From assembly GCA_046594925.1 (NCBI GenBank), contig JBKJQG010000132.1, positions 1-49,930 of the forward strand: 49,930 nucleotides of DNA, read 5' to 3'. The notes below the pieces were generated by a model. It was given only the letters and a program-made list of their open reading frames with translations, ran no database searches and was not told the origin of the DNA. How positions within the stretch are numbered: the stretch's first letter is position 1; each line of letters starts with the position of its first letter. The DNA is from Bacteroidia bacterium (GTDB taxonomy: Bacteria; Bacteroidota; Bacteroidia; 2-12-FULL-35-15). This document shows, piece by piece, positions 19,135 to 29,155 of the stretch. The position numbers were made by a program, and so were the translations under genes.

Positions 19135-20154
19135 CTACAAAAACTGCTCCTTCTTCAGATTCAACCATTGCAAAGCTGCTCCGTTCAAAAGCAATTCTTT
19201 TACATCGCGTTCGTAGGGCATTTCTTTGATGAGTTTTCCGGGTTCTAATTCCCCGAGTGGAAAAGGATAATCCGTTCCGAGTGCGACTTTATCAGCGCCA
19301 AACATACCAACCACATAATCTAGCATTTGATCATCATGTACCAAGCTATCGATCCAAAATTTTCCTAAATATTCGCGAGGGTTTACGTTATTGTCCACTG
19401 CAACTAAATCGGGGCGGCAATTAAATCCGTGTTCTATTCTTCCGATGGTTGCGGGAAAACTTCCCCCACCGTGTGCGAAAGCAACCCTCAAGTTTGGCAA
19501 ACGTTCGAAAATTCCGCCGAAGATCATGGAGCAAATGGCTAAGGATGTTTCAGCAGGCATTCCTACCAGCCAAGGAAGCCAGTATTTCGGCATCTTGTCT
19601 TGTCCCATCATGTCCCAAGGGTGAACAAAAACGGCCATGTCTAATTTCTCGCAAGCTTCAAACACAGAAAATAAATTCGCATCGTTCAAATTCCAATCGT
19701 TCACGTGAGAACCGATCTGCACTCCTGCTAGTCCAATTTCCTTGCAGCGTTTTAATTCCTGTATAGCGAGCTCTGGTGATTGCAAGGGGATGGTGCCTAA
19801 CCCCACAAACCTTTTTGGAAAACGTCTTACAATATCGGCTATGTGATCATTTAAAAAAACAGAAAGTTCCAGGCAATCCTGAGGTTTAGCCCAATAACTG
19901 AACATTACGGGAACAGTAGAAAGCACTTGCACATCCACGTGGTGGTGATCGCATTCGTCCATTCGTTTCTCGGCGCTCCAACAATTGTCTTCTACTTCGC
20001 GGAAAAATTTCCCGTCATCCAGGATCATGTTGGCGCAGCAAGGTTTTTCATGCTGCAACTGAACAAATCCTCCGTAACCGAATTTCTCTTTCCAGTTCGG
20101 AATGTTTTCAGGAAGGATGTGTGTGTGAATGTCTATTGTGAGGATCTTTGCCAT
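19135..20154 (-). CDS. 2-amino-3-carboxymuconate-6-semialdehyde decarboxylase (ACMSD, amidohydrolase family)
   Basis: IDIHTH, QVLSTVPVMFSYWAKP, FVHPWDMMG, YWLPWLVGMPAET, FAHGGGSFP..IGRIEHGF and LGTDYPFPLGE. Confidence 0.9.
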   Translation of the reverse strand: MAKILTIDIHTHILPENIPNWKEKFGYGGFVQLQHEKPCCANMILDDGKFFREVEDNCWSAEKRMDECDHHHVDVQVLSTVPVMFSYWAKPQDCLELSVFLNDHIADIVRRFPKRFVGLGTIPLQSPELAIQELKRCKEIGLAGVQIGSHVNDWNLNDANLFSVFEACEKLDMAVFVHPWDMMGQDKMPKYWLPWLVGMPAETSLAICSMIFGGIFERLPNLRVAFAHGGGSFPATIGRIEHGFNCRPDLVAVDNNVNPREYLGKFWIDSLVHDDQMLDYVVGMFGADKVALGTDYPFPLGELEPGKLIKEMPYERDVKELLLNGAALQWLNLKKEQFL

Positions 20155-20191
20155 ATTATTTTTGCCGCGAAGGCACGTAGGTTAATTTTAA

Positions 20192-20581
20192 CTATGAAAA
20201 TGCTCTATAAATTTCAAACCCAATAAAAACAACGAACATTAAGTAGACTATGTATGTTAATTTCTTAATTCTTCGCATTTCAGCACTTTCCGTATTTAGG
20301 ATGACCGGATTAAGGGTTACACACAATATCAACATAGTAAAAATTGGTGTTTCGAACATAAATAAACTGAAGGGAAGTATTTCGTGGCCATTGCACCTCC
20401 TATCATGCTTGTCGATGTAAAATGCCCTTGCATAAACTGGAATTATGAACAATATTGGCAAGAACATATCTAATGCCTGCAGGAAATCTCCCTCTTTGAC
20501 CAAACGCACAAGGTGAAAAAAGAGAATACAGAGAAAAAAAAACGTGACTACGTAAAATAGCAACTTCTTTGCCGATCTCAT
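20192..20581 (-). CDS. Hypothetical membrane protein
   Basis: Four hydrophobic segments; the ATG directly follows the gmk stop codon. Confidence 0.6.
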   Translation of the reverse strand: MRSAKKLLFYVVTFFFLCILFFHLVRLVKEGDFLQALDMFLPILFIIPVYARAFYIDKHDRRCNGHEILPFSLFMFETPIFTMLILCVTLNPVILNTESAEMRRIKKLTYIVYLMFVVFIGFEIYRAFS

Positions 20582-21145
20582 TTACCTCAAAAATTCCCTG
20601 ACCACTTTCTCCGCTTCCGCAAAAGCGTGCTCCAACGTATCGTTCAAAACAATCTTATCAAACTGAGTGGCTGTTTGCAATTCCACTTCTGCTTTCCCTA
20701 TTCTTCTCGCAATACTTTCAGGAGTTTCTGTCTCCCGCATTTTCAACCTGTTCTCTAAATGCTGAATACTTGGTGGCATCACAAAGATGGCTAAAGCTTG
20801 ATCACCGAATAACTTTTTCAGATTCAAACCTCCTACCACGTCCATGTCGAAAATGATGTGATGTCCTTTTTTCCAGATGCGTTCGATCTCTGCTTTTAAG
20901 GTTCCGTAAAAATTATCCTTGTAAACCTCTTCCCACTCCACAAATTCTTTTTCTTCGATCTTCTTTTTGAATTCTGCCACAGAAATGAAATAATAATCTA
21001 CTCCCTGTGTTTCGTCTTTCCTTTTGGGACGGCTGCAGGCAGAAACTGAAAACTCCAGTTGTGGAATTTTAGTCAGCAGGTATTGAACGATGGTCGTTTT
21101 ACCGGCTCCGGAGGGTGCTGAAAATATGACGAGCTTACCTTTCAA
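20582..21145 (-). CDS. gmk: Guanylate kinase
   Basis: SAPSGAGKTT P-loop; SACSRPKRKDE..GVDYYF; EWEEVY..NFYGT; TTG start. Confidence 0.96.
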   Translation of the reverse strand: MKGKLVIFSAPSGAGKTTIVQYLLTKIPQLEFSVSACSRPKRKDETQGVDYYFISVAEFKKKIEEKEFVEWEEVYKDNFYGTLKAEIERIWKKGHHIIFDMDVVGGLNLKKLFGDQALAIFVMPPSIQHLENRLKMRETETPESIARRIGKAEVELQTATQFDKIVLNDTLEHAFAEAEKVVREFLR

Positions 21146-21243
21146 TTGTTATTATTCGTGTTATTCGTGTTTAACTTTTCCTGCCCCTGCCCCCTCCAAA
21201 GGGGGATAGGTTCAACTAAGGCGCGACTATACCGCTTTGATTG

Positions 21244-22122
21244 TTATAGTACGTTCAGAAGCTGTTCTTTGATCTTCTCCAATTCATCTTTCATCTGCAC
21301 GACAAGTTTTTGAACCGTCGCATCATTTGCTTTTGAACCGATGGTATTAATCTCCCTTCCGATCTCCTGAGAAATGAATCCAAGTTTTCTTCCGCTTCCG
21401 GGCTCTTTCATGGTATTCATAAAATAATCGATATGGGTTTTTAAACGCAATTTCTCTTCGGTAATATCCAGTTTCTCGATGTAATAAACCAATTCCTGTT
21501 CAAAACGGTTTTGATCGATTTTTTCCTTTTCGATGGCTTCTGCAATGCTATTCTTTATTCTGGTCCGGATGTTCTCCACACGCGAAGCATCCATTTTGAT
21601 TACCTCCGCAAGCAAACTATCGATCAGACCAATGCGTGTAGTGAATTCTTTCGCGAGCGTTTTTCCTTCATCGTCGCGGAATTTTTGAAACGCATCAATG
21701 GCTTTATCGACTGTTGCTTTGATCTGTTTCCATTCGTTCTCATCCAATTCCACCACTTCGCGTTCAGCTTTCATAACGTCCGGCATTTTCACAACCATGG
21801 CGAGTAAATTCTGATCGCTTTCACCCAGTTCAGTTGACAATGCCTTCAATTCTTTGTAATAGGTCTTTGCTAAGGTCTTGTTGATGGCCACCGGCAGGGA
21901 ATCCTGTGTGGCTTCTGTAAATACGGTCAGGTCAATTTTCCCACGTTCTATTTGCTTGGAGATTTCCGCACGCAATTCCAGTTCCTTCTCTTTGTAAAGG
22001 TAAGGAAGGCGCAAATTCAGATCCAGTTGTTTGCTGTTCAGTGAACGTACTTCAACTGTCACTTTTTTTCCGGGAACTTCGGCGGTTGATTTTCCGAATC
22101 CGGTCATTGATTTCATTTGCAT
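21244..22122 (-). CDS. yicC: YicC/YloC family endoribonuclease
   Basis: SMTGFG, EVRSLNSKQLD, KLDITEE..RL and GRKLGFISQEIGREINTIGSK; lies upstream of gmk. Confidence 0.93.
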   Translation of the reverse strand: MQMKSMTGFGKSTAEVPGKKVTVEVRSLNSKQLDLNLRLPYLYKEKELELRAEISKQIERGKIDLTVFTEATQDSLPVAINKTLAKTYYKELKALSTELGESDQNLLAMVVKMPDVMKAEREVVELDENEWKQIKATVDKAIDAFQKFRDDEGKTLAKEFTTRIGLIDSLLAEVIKMDASRVENIRTRIKNSIAEAIEKEKIDQNRFEQELVYYIEKLDITEEKLRLKTHIDYFMNTMKEPGSGRKLGFISQEIGREINTIGSKANDATVQKLVVQMKDELEKIKEQLLNVL

Positions 22123-22193
22123 AGAATTGATTTATGTTAAAGCAAATGTAGTGTTTTTTAGAATAGGTGACTAAGTAACCAGGTGAAAAGTGA

Positions 22194-23102
22194 CTAAGAG
22201 GTTTTACCTGACTTTCCTTTACTAAAGGGCATACTCACGAGGTAAACGCCAAAGACAATGAGCACTGCGGCAGTAATTTTTCGGAGGTCGAGTGTGTCGT
22301 TTTGGTAAACAAAAATGGCGAAAAGAGTCGCGAGGAAAGGTTGTAAATAAATATAAATACTAACGATGGAAGGACTGAGTGCCCGCAGAGCATAAGTATT
22401 CAAAACGTAAGCAAAAAAGGTTGTTGCAATTACCACAAATACAATGTCGTACCAGATTCTTGGTGAAAGTTCATCCCATTTCACTTCGGTGAATTCGGAA
22501 AAGCCGAAAGGAAGCACGTACAAGAAGCCAAACAGGAACACCCATTTAACGATGGTAAAAGTATTGTATTTGCTCATCAATGGTTTTACCAGAACGAGAT
22601 AAAGCGCCCAAGAAATGGAATTAACCAAGATCATCAAATCCCCGCTGATGGTTTCCGAACCGAAGGAAAAAGACTTGTTGAAAAGCAAAAGCAATAAAGC
22701 TCCCGCTATTCCCAAACCGATTCCGATCAATTTATTGACAGAGACTCTTTCTTTTAAGACAGCAGCTGCGATGAGCAAAACCACAATCGGGTTGGATATC
22801 ATAATGATGGATGCATTGATGGGCGTGGTGATGCTCAACCCTTTTAAGAAAAGTAATTGGTTGCAGGCAACGCCGAACACCGCTAATAATGCAAAACGAG
22901 GAAGGTCTTTTTTGTCGATCTTTTCTTTAATAAAAAAAGCACTCACCAACCAGAACAAGATCAGTGCTCCTCCCACACGCATAAGCACAAACGCAAAAGG
23001 CTGAACGTGCGCAGGCATAACTTCCTTGGCAATAGAGTAATTGGCCCCGTAAATTAAATTTACAGCGATCAATGCTAAATGGGCCTGGAGTATTTTATTC
23101 AT
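22194..23102 (-). CDS. DMT/EamA family transporter
   Basis: About ten TM segments in two EamA repeats (LIYGANYSIAK; YIYLQP). Confidence 0.88.
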   Translation of the reverse strand: MNKILQAHLALIAVNLIYGANYSIAKEVMPAHVQPFAFVLMRVGGALILFWLVSAFFIKEKIDKKDLPRFALLAVFGVACNQLLFLKGLSITTPINASIIMISNPIVVLLIAAAVLKERVSVNKLIGIGLGIAGALLLLLFNKSFSFGSETISGDLMILVNSISWALYLVLVKPLMSKYNTFTIVKWVFLFGFLYVLPFGFSEFTEVKWDELSPRIWYDIVFVVIATTFFAYVLNTYALRALSPSIVSIYIYLQPFLATLFAIFVYQNDTLDLRKITAAVLIVFGVYLVSMPFSKGKSGKTS

Positions 23103-23126
23103 AAACAAACTTCTTTTACCTCGACC

Positions 23127-23149
23127 TTCGACTACGCTCAGGGTGACGG
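23127..23149 (-). repeat. REP-like repeat (same family as 1721-1743)
   Basis: The reverse complement reads CCGTCACCCTGAGCGTAGTCGAA. Confidence 0.7.
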
Positions 23150-23165
23150 CTCTGGTGAGGACGCA

Positions 23166-23516
23166 TTACAATTCAGCTTTTGCAGCGGCGATGGTGTTCT
23201 TGGAATTCCCGACAAAGATCTTGTCTTTGACCATGATCACCGGACGCTTCAGAAACGTGTATTCTTCCAGAATGTGTTTTTTATAATCGTCTTCTTCCAG
23301 TTTCTTTTTATCCAAACCCAAAGCACGATATTTCAAAGCTACTCTGCTAAACAATGCTTCATAGCTTCCGGCCATTTTTTTCATCTCCGTCAATTGAGTA
23401 GCTGTGATCTTTTCTGTCTTGATGTCCTGAAATTCGAACTTCTTGGTTTTCAATCCGAGCTCGGTTATGATGCGGGTGCAAGTGGAACAGGTGCTTAGGT
23501 AATAGATCTTTTTCAT
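23166..23516 (-). CDS. ArsC/Spx family protein
   Basis: YYLSTCSTC, QDIK, LFSR and FLKRPV motifs. Confidence 0.85.
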   Translation of the reverse strand: MKKIYYLSTCSTCTRIITELGLKTKKFEFQDIKTEKITATQLTEMKKMAGSYEALFSRVALKYRALGLDKKKLEEDDYKKHILEEYTFLKRPVIMVKDKIFVGNSKNTIAAAKAEL

Positions 23517-24013
23517 TTCCTTGTGATTAATTTGCGGTATTCCTTTCTCGTCCAGTGCATTCTTGTATAATGAATAACAGTTACGGCAATATTGGAATTA
23601 AAAACTTCAATTTGAGTCTGGTATTTCCACTTTGAATAATATGTCCCAGGTGATTTTGCTAATCTGTAATGTCCGGTTTTCAGAAACTCATCGACATGCT
23701 TTTGAGAACAATCATCACAATAGTAGATGAATGTCGACTCTTCACAAATTCCAGCAGCGTCGAAACGAAACTCGCTGGACATCTTTTCAATCCCGGTGAT
23801 TTCCACCATCAAAATTCCAACCGAATCTTTTTTAACCGAAAAATTATTTTCGTGTGCCTTAGCAAGGCTCCGATAGTGCTCTTTCACAAGGGCCTCTTGC
23901 TCCCACTTGCCGGTAGATTGGGAATGGACCGCAAAATGAATGCAAAGCGATATTACTATAGATAGAACTCTAATCCACACAGATTCGCAATTTCGTCCGC
24001 CGCCGCGGATCAT
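23513..24013 (-). CDS. Hypothetical exported protein (start uncertain)
   Basis: Hydrophobic N-terminal segment; stop overlaps the arsC-family ATG (ATGA); CxxC at CDDC. Confidence 0.55.
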   Translation of the reverse strand: MIRGGGRNCESVWIRVLSIVISLCIHFAVHSQSTGKWEQEALVKEHYRSLAKAHENNFSVKKDSVGILMVEITGIEKMSSEFRFDAAGICEESTFIYYCDDCSQKHVDEFLKTGHYRLAKSPGTYYSKWKYQTQIEVFNSNIAVTVIHYTRMHWTRKEYRKLITRK

Positions 24014-24025
24014 TCGTTATTTGTA

Positions 24026-25459
24026 CTATTCTACAGCACTCAACTTGATCATGTTGGTTTTCCCTTTTTCACTCAAAGGAATACTTGCGATGTTGATCAC
24101 CAAGTCGTTTGTCCGGACCATTCCGCTTTTCTTAAGAATGAATTTGATGTCGGCAATGGTATGATCCGTGCTGATGTTCTTATCGTAATAAAATCCTTGC
24201 ACTCCCCAAACCAAACTCAATGTTGTAAGAATGTCGTAGTTATCCGTGAACACAAATATGTTTGCTTTGGGACGGCTGCTGGATAACTTAATTGCAGTGT
24301 AACCGGAATGTGTCATCGTGACAATCGCTGCCGCTCCAGTACGTTGAGCCATCTTTGCTGCTGTGAAGCAAATCGAGTTGGTGAGGAAACGTTCATCGCG
24401 CAGATCCACTTCCGGAGCTTCGTAATCACGGTCATAAATGTGAGATTCTTTTTCAACGTGTTCGATAATCTTTGTCATCGCAGCAACTACTTTTGCAGGA
24501 TGTGCTCCTACCGAAGTTTCTCCGCTTAACATAACCGCATCTGCTCCGTCCATGACGCTGTTTGCCACATCGTTCACTTCCGCGCGGGAAGGGCTGATGT
24601 TATGGATCATGCTTTCCATCATCTGCGTGGCAATGATTACCGGCTTGGAGGCTTCCAGACATTTGCGCACGAGCATTTTCTGGATAACCGGAACTTCCTG
24701 CATCGGAACTTCAACACCAAGGTCGCCACGGGCAACCATCAGCGCATCGGTTTCTCTGATGATGTTGTCGATGTCGGAAAGGGCCTCAGGCTTTTCAATT
24801 TTAGCCACAACACGTGTTCTTACATTGTGATCGAAATTCTGGATCAGGTGTTTCAATTCGATAATATCCGAGGCCGAACGCACAAAGGACAGTCCCACCC
24901 AGTCTACTTTCTGAGTCAAGGCGAAATCCAAATCTTTCAGATCCTTTTCCGTAAGACAAGGCAATGAAATTTTGGTATTGGGAAGGTTCACCCCTTTTTT
25001 GGAAGAAAGGATCCCACCATGTGCAACCACGGCTTTTACTTCATCAATTCCATTTGTGGATATCGCAGTCAGCATCAACTTTCCGTCATCGATCAAGATG
25101 CTATCTCCCACGTTCACATCTTTAGGAAACTGAGGATAGGTAATGTATAGCCTTTCAGCTGTTCCCAGACACTCGTTGGTGGTAATGGTCACTTCTTTTC
25201 CTGCGACCAATTCCACTCCGTTGTTTTCCACCGACCCGATGCGCAGTTTTGGTCCTTGTAGATCCGCAAGAATGGCACAATGTGTTCCCAGCTTCTTATT
25301 GATCGCACGAATGGTATTGATCTGCGCCAACACGTTCTCGTATGCTCCGTGAGAAAAATTCACGCGGCATACATTTGCTCCTGCTTTGATCATGTCTTCG
25401 ATCACTTCGGGAGTAGTCGAAGCAGGTCCTAAGGTGGCAACAATTTTTGTTCTTTTCAT
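24026..25459 (-). CDS. pyk: Pyruvate kinase
   Basis: RTKIVATLGPAS, RVNFSHG, DLQGPKLR, AKIEKPEA, MVARGDLGVE, ATQMMESM and DAVMLSGET. Confidence 0.98.
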   Translation of the reverse strand: MKRTKIVATLGPASTTPEVIEDMIKAGANVCRVNFSHGAYENVLAQINTIRAINKKLGTHCAILADLQGPKLRIGSVENNGVELVAGKEVTITTNECLGTAERLYITYPQFPKDVNVGDSILIDDGKLMLTAISTNGIDEVKAVVAHGGILSSKKGVNLPNTKISLPCLTEKDLKDLDFALTQKVDWVGLSFVRSASDIIELKHLIQNFDHNVRTRVVAKIEKPEALSDIDNIIRETDALMVARGDLGVEVPMQEVPVIQKMLVRKCLEASKPVIIATQMMESMIHNISPSRAEVNDVANSVMDGADAVMLSGETSVGAHPAKVVAAMTKIIEHVEKESHIYDRDYEAPEVDLRDERFLTNSICFTAAKMAQRTGAAAIVTMTHSGYTAIKLSSSRPKANIFVFTDNYDILTTLSLVWGVQGFYYDKNISTDHTIADIKFILKKSGMVRTNDLVINIASIPLSEKGKTNMIKLSAVE

Positions 25460-25560
25460 AAGTTATAATTTTTCCTTTTTTTGTCTTATGGAAAGAGCCT
25501 TTACATTATTGCTGTTTGCTTTGCAAACTAGTATGGCTCTTTTCATAAGTTCTATTTCTA

Positions 25561-25980
25561 CTATAATATTAAATTCTGTTTTGATTTTAGTGCATTCACA
25601 TCCACCCTGAAGGCCGTTTGCACCAAATTACTTTCCTTGATCTGTTTCACCATTTCCATCACCCTTTCGTCTTCCAGCTCGCCGCGGATGATGAAAAAGT
25701 AATCCACTTGTTTCTGCTCGGGTATCAACATTCCTTTTTCACTTCTGTTAGCCACAATAAAATATTCCATGAATTCATCGGGCTGTTCGAAGCAGAACAG
25801 GGAGAAATAAGAAGGCTCATCCAACTTTTTGTCCTTAATCTCCAGCGCATCTGTCTTCACCAGGTTCAATCCCAATTGATTATTCAGTGCCCAGCAGATA
25901 CGGTAGTCCTTTTCGTGCGATGAAATGCCGATCAGCACAAAGTCGTAATCGTATTCTATTTCAAGGGTGTATTTTCCCAA
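25561..25980 (-). CDS. IPExxxVDY family protein
   Basis: LIPEQKQVDY motif, DYRICWALN; sits between rnc and pyk; TTG start. Confidence 0.85.
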   Translation of the reverse strand: MGKYTLEIEYDYDFVLIGISSHEKDYRICWALNNQLGLNLVKTDALEIKDKKLDEPSYFSLFCFEQPDEFMEYFIVANRSEKGMLIPEQKQVDYFFIIRGELEDERVMEMVKQIKESNLVQTAFRVDVNALKSKQNLIL

Positions 25981-26123
25981 AGCCTTGTTTTAAACTCTTG
26001 TAAATTTATAAATCTAATCGGAGAATCCCTTTAAAACAGGGATTATTTTTATATTACTATATCCCAATCGGTCGACGACGTTTATGCGGAGTGTAGTCGA
26101 AGTGCTCAGGATGAATTCAGCAA

Positions 26124-26852
26124 TTATATTCCTAGCTTGGTGCAGGCAAGTTCCGAAACCAGCTGTTCGGCACGTTTTTTTGAGAAGTGCTGAGCCGTTC
26201 CCAGGGCTTCATTGTCGATCAGCAATTGGATGCTGTATTGTTTGTCGTCTGAATTAGCTCCATCAACAAGGGTTTCGAAGCGGAATTCTTTTTTCTCCTT
26301 CTGTACCCACTCGATCATCTTGCTCTTGAAATCCACTTCTTTGGTCTCCACTTCATCCATGTCGATGTGAACATTTACAATCCGCGTGAGAATGAACTCC
26401 TGGGCAAACTTGTAGCCTTTGTCCAGATAGATCGCTCCGATCAGAGCTTCGTATGCATCTCCGTTGATCGAGCTGGACTTATTGCTTCCGTGCCGGTCGT
26501 TATTCACTTCGATGAAATTATTCAATCCGAGTTTCATCGCCAGCTGATTGTGTTGCTGACGGCTCACCATTTTCGAACGCATCTTGGTAAGAAATCCTTC
26601 GTCCTTGTAAGGGAATTTTTTGAAAAGGTAATCAGCGACCACGGTGCCGATCACTGAATCGCCCAAAAATTCCAACCGTTCATTACTATCCCTCACGCCT
26701 TTTTTTATTAGCTGTGCAGCGGAACTGTGGCGGAAAGCAAGCTTATACAATGAAATATTAGTAGGATAGAATCCGAGAACATTGTGAAGGGACTCGTGCA
26801 GTTTTTTGTCGGGAGAAAAATAAACCCTGATTGATTTGCTGAATTTTGGCAA
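26124..26852 (-). CDS. rnc: Ribonuclease III (start uncertain; frame open to 26882)
   Basis: AFRHSS, NERLEFLGDSV, DEGFLTKMRSK, DAYEALIGAIYLDKG and a C-terminal dsRBD (SKKRAEQ). Confidence 0.95.
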   Translation of the reverse strand: MPKFSKSIRVYFSPDKKLHESLHNVLGFYPTNISLYKLAFRHSSAAQLIKKGVRDSNERLEFLGDSVIGTVVADYLFKKFPYKDEGFLTKMRSKMVSRQQHNQLAMKLGLNNFIEVNNDRHGSNKSSSINGDAYEALIGAIYLDKGYKFAQEFILTRIVNVHIDMDEVETKEVDFKSKMIEWVQKEKKEFRFETLVDGANSDDKQYSIQLLIDNEALGTAQHFSKKRAEQLVSELACTKLGI

Positions 26853-26859
26853 GAGGAAA

Positions 26860-28116
26860 TTAAGCTGTGTATTTCTTAACAATTACAGAAGCATTGTGTC
26901 CGCCAAAACCGAAAGTATTGCTTAAAGCAGCGCGCACGACACGTTTCTGAGCTTTATGGAATGTAAGATTCAATTTGTTATCCAGAGCCGGATCGTCATT
27001 GAAGTGATTGATTGTAGGAGGAATGATGTCGTTCTGACAAGCCAAAACACAAGCGATGGCTTCAATGGCACCGGCCGCACCCAATAAGTGTCCGGTCATT
27101 GATTTGGTAGAGCTGATGTTCAATTTATAGGCGTGTTCACCAAACACACCCAGGATGGCTTTGGTTTCTGCAATGTCACCTAAAGGAGTAGAGGTGCCGT
27201 GTACATTCACGTAATCGATGTCTTCAGGTGTCATTTCTGCATCTTCCAATGCATTGCGCATGACTCTTAACGCGCCCAATCCTTCCGGATGAGGAGCAGT
27301 GATGTGGTTTGCATCTGCCGTCATTCCACCGCCAACTACTTCGGCATAAATTTTAGCCCCGCGTTTTAAAGCATGTTCTAATTCTTCGAGGATCAAACAA
27401 CCTGCTCCTTCACCTAAAACGAAACCATCACGGTCCACGTCGAACGGACGGGAAGCGGTTTGAGGAGAATCGTTGCGTGTAGAAAGAGCGTGCATGGCAT
27501 TGAATCCACCGATACCGGCTTCGCAGACTGCAGCTTCGGAGCCTCCTGTGACAATGATATCCGCTTTACCCAACTTAATGTAAGTAGCAGCATCGATCAA
27601 AGCATTGGTGGAAGAAGCACAGGCAGAAACGGTAGTGAAGTTAGGACCACGCATCCCGAAACGGATGGAGATGTGTCCTGAACAAATGTCTGCGATCATT
27701 TTGGGAATGAAGAAAGGGTTGAAACGCGGAGTTCCATCACCTTTGGCATAACCAAAACACTCGTCTTGAAAAGTCTGCAAGCCCCCTATACCGGAACCCC
27801 AGATAACACCGGCTCTGTCGGGATCGAATGCGTTTTCTCCATCCAATCCGGCATCTTTAACTGCCTGAATAGCGGAACACAAACCATACTGAGAAAAGAC
27901 GTCGATTTTACGGGCTTCCTTGCGATCGAGGTAATCTTCAGGATTGAATCCTTTTACTTCGCAGGCAAATTGGGTTTTGAACTTAGAAGCATCAAAACGA
28001 GTAATAGGAGCAGCTCCGCTGACACCATTCAGAAGGTTGTTCCAAAAATCGGAAACATTATTACCAACCGGGGTGATTGCGCCAAGACCTGTTACTACTA
28101 CTCGTCTAAACTTCAT
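26860..28116 (-). CDS. fabF: 3-oxoacyl-ACP synthase II
   Basis: RRVVVTGLG, SACASS, DGFVLGEGAG, NVHGTSTPLGD, TKSMTGHLLGAAG and SNTFGFGGHNA. Confidence 0.97.
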   Translation of the reverse strand: MKFRRVVVTGLGAITPVGNNVSDFWNNLLNGVSGAAPITRFDASKFKTQFACEVKGFNPEDYLDRKEARKIDVFSQYGLCSAIQAVKDAGLDGENAFDPDRAGVIWGSGIGGLQTFQDECFGYAKGDGTPRFNPFFIPKMIADICSGHISIRFGMRGPNFTTVSACASSTNALIDAATYIKLGKADIIVTGGSEAAVCEAGIGGFNAMHALSTRNDSPQTASRPFDVDRDGFVLGEGAGCLILEELEHALKRGAKIYAEVVGGGMTADANHITAPHPEGLGALRVMRNALEDAEMTPEDIDYVNVHGTSTPLGDIAETKAILGVFGEHAYKLNISSTKSMTGHLLGAAGAIEAIACVLACQNDIIPPTINHFNDDPALDNKLNLTFHKAQKRVVRAALSNTFGFGGHNASVIVKKYTA

Positions 28117-28137
28117 TAAATAAATCTTTTGGGAGAA

Positions 28138-28374
28138 TTATTTTGCGTTTGCTTCGATATAAGCAATTGCATCACCCACGGTACCAATCTTTTCAGCTTG
28201 GTCATCAGGGATAGCGATGTTGAATTCTTTTTCAAATTCCATGATCAATTCCACAGTATCCAATGAATCTGCTCCTAAATCATTTGTAAAGCTTGCTGTT
28301 GGTGTTACTTCTTTCTCGTCTACACCTAATTTATCAACGATGATAGCTTTTACTTTTGTTGCAATGTCTGACAT
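28138..28374 (-). CDS. acpP: Acyl carrier protein
   Basis: [18 protein letters not shown]...[20 protein letters not shown]. True start is 28374; a TATCTTTG -7 box lies at 28407-28414. Confidence 0.97.
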   Translation of the reverse strand: MSDIATKVKAIIVDKLGVDEKEVTPTASFTNDLGADSLDTVELIMEFEKEFNIAIPDDQAEKIGTVGDAIAYIEANAK

Positions 28375-28448
28375 TTTTTTAAATGTTTTTGGGTTAATTT
28401 TGGGTGCAAAGATATAGTTATATGCATAATTACAAAAAAATAAGCGCA

Positions 28449-29117
28449 CTATTCATAAAAAACATCAATTTGTTGCAAGGTTTTTCGCTTTAAATCAGGC
28501 ACTTGCGTGTTATTTGCCAGATAACCAACCGGAATCAGCAAAAAGGGTCGCTCATTCTCCGGTCTTTCAAGCAATTTACAAAGAAAATTCATTGGACTTG
28601 GCGTATGAGTAAGTGCAACGAGTCCCGCATGGTGAATGGCCGTGAGTAAAAAGCCTGTGGCAAGGCCAACCGACTCGGTAACATAATAGTTGTTCTTTTT
28701 CTTTTCCCCTGCCAATTCATAGATCCTTTTAAAGACAATAATTAATGCCGGAGCAACTTCCAAAAAGGGCTTTTCCCAATCCGTTCCCAAAGGGGCCAGA
28801 TCTTCCAGCCACTCTTCTGTCATTCTTCCGTTATAACTGTCGTATTCTTCCTTTTCAGCAGCCGCACGGATCTGCTTTTTTAATTCCGGGTTCGTTACCA
28901 CGCAAAAGGTCCAAGGTTGCTTGTGAGCACCCGAAGGAGCTGTAGATGCTGCCAGCAAAATATTCTCAAGCACTTCCCTGGAAACCGGTTGGTCGGAAAA
29001 ATCCCTCACTGTCCGTCTTTTATCCAGCCAATCATAAAATGCTTTGCTGCGCGACAACATCTCTGTCTCGGAATAGGTTTCCCTAGTATAGGGCACGTAT
29101 GGATATGTTTTTGCCAT
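28449..29117 (-). CDS. Nitroreductase family protein, iodotyrosine deiodinase (IYD)-like
   Basis: [21 protein letters not shown], lid region EKEEYDSY...[24 protein letters not shown] and LLIPVGY. Confidence 0.85.
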   Translation of the reverse strand: MAKTYPYVPYTRETYSETEMLSRSKAFYDWLDKRRTVRDFSDQPVSREVLENILLAASTAPSGAHKQPWTFCVVTNPELKKQIRAAAEKEEYDSYNGRMTEEWLEDLAPLGTDWEKPFLEVAPALIIVFKRIYELAGEKKKNNYYVTESVGLATGFLLTAIHHAGLVALTHTPSPMNFLCKLLERPENERPFLLIPVGYLANNTQVPDLKRKTLQQIDVFYE

Positions 29118-29155
29118 TTTCGAACTCGTTTTTGTAAAAATACTACTTTTACAGC

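Noticed and set aside
28375-28449. N-terminal extension of ACP given by the ORF track
   Set aside because: The region contains the -7 promoter box; the canonical ACP starts at 28374.
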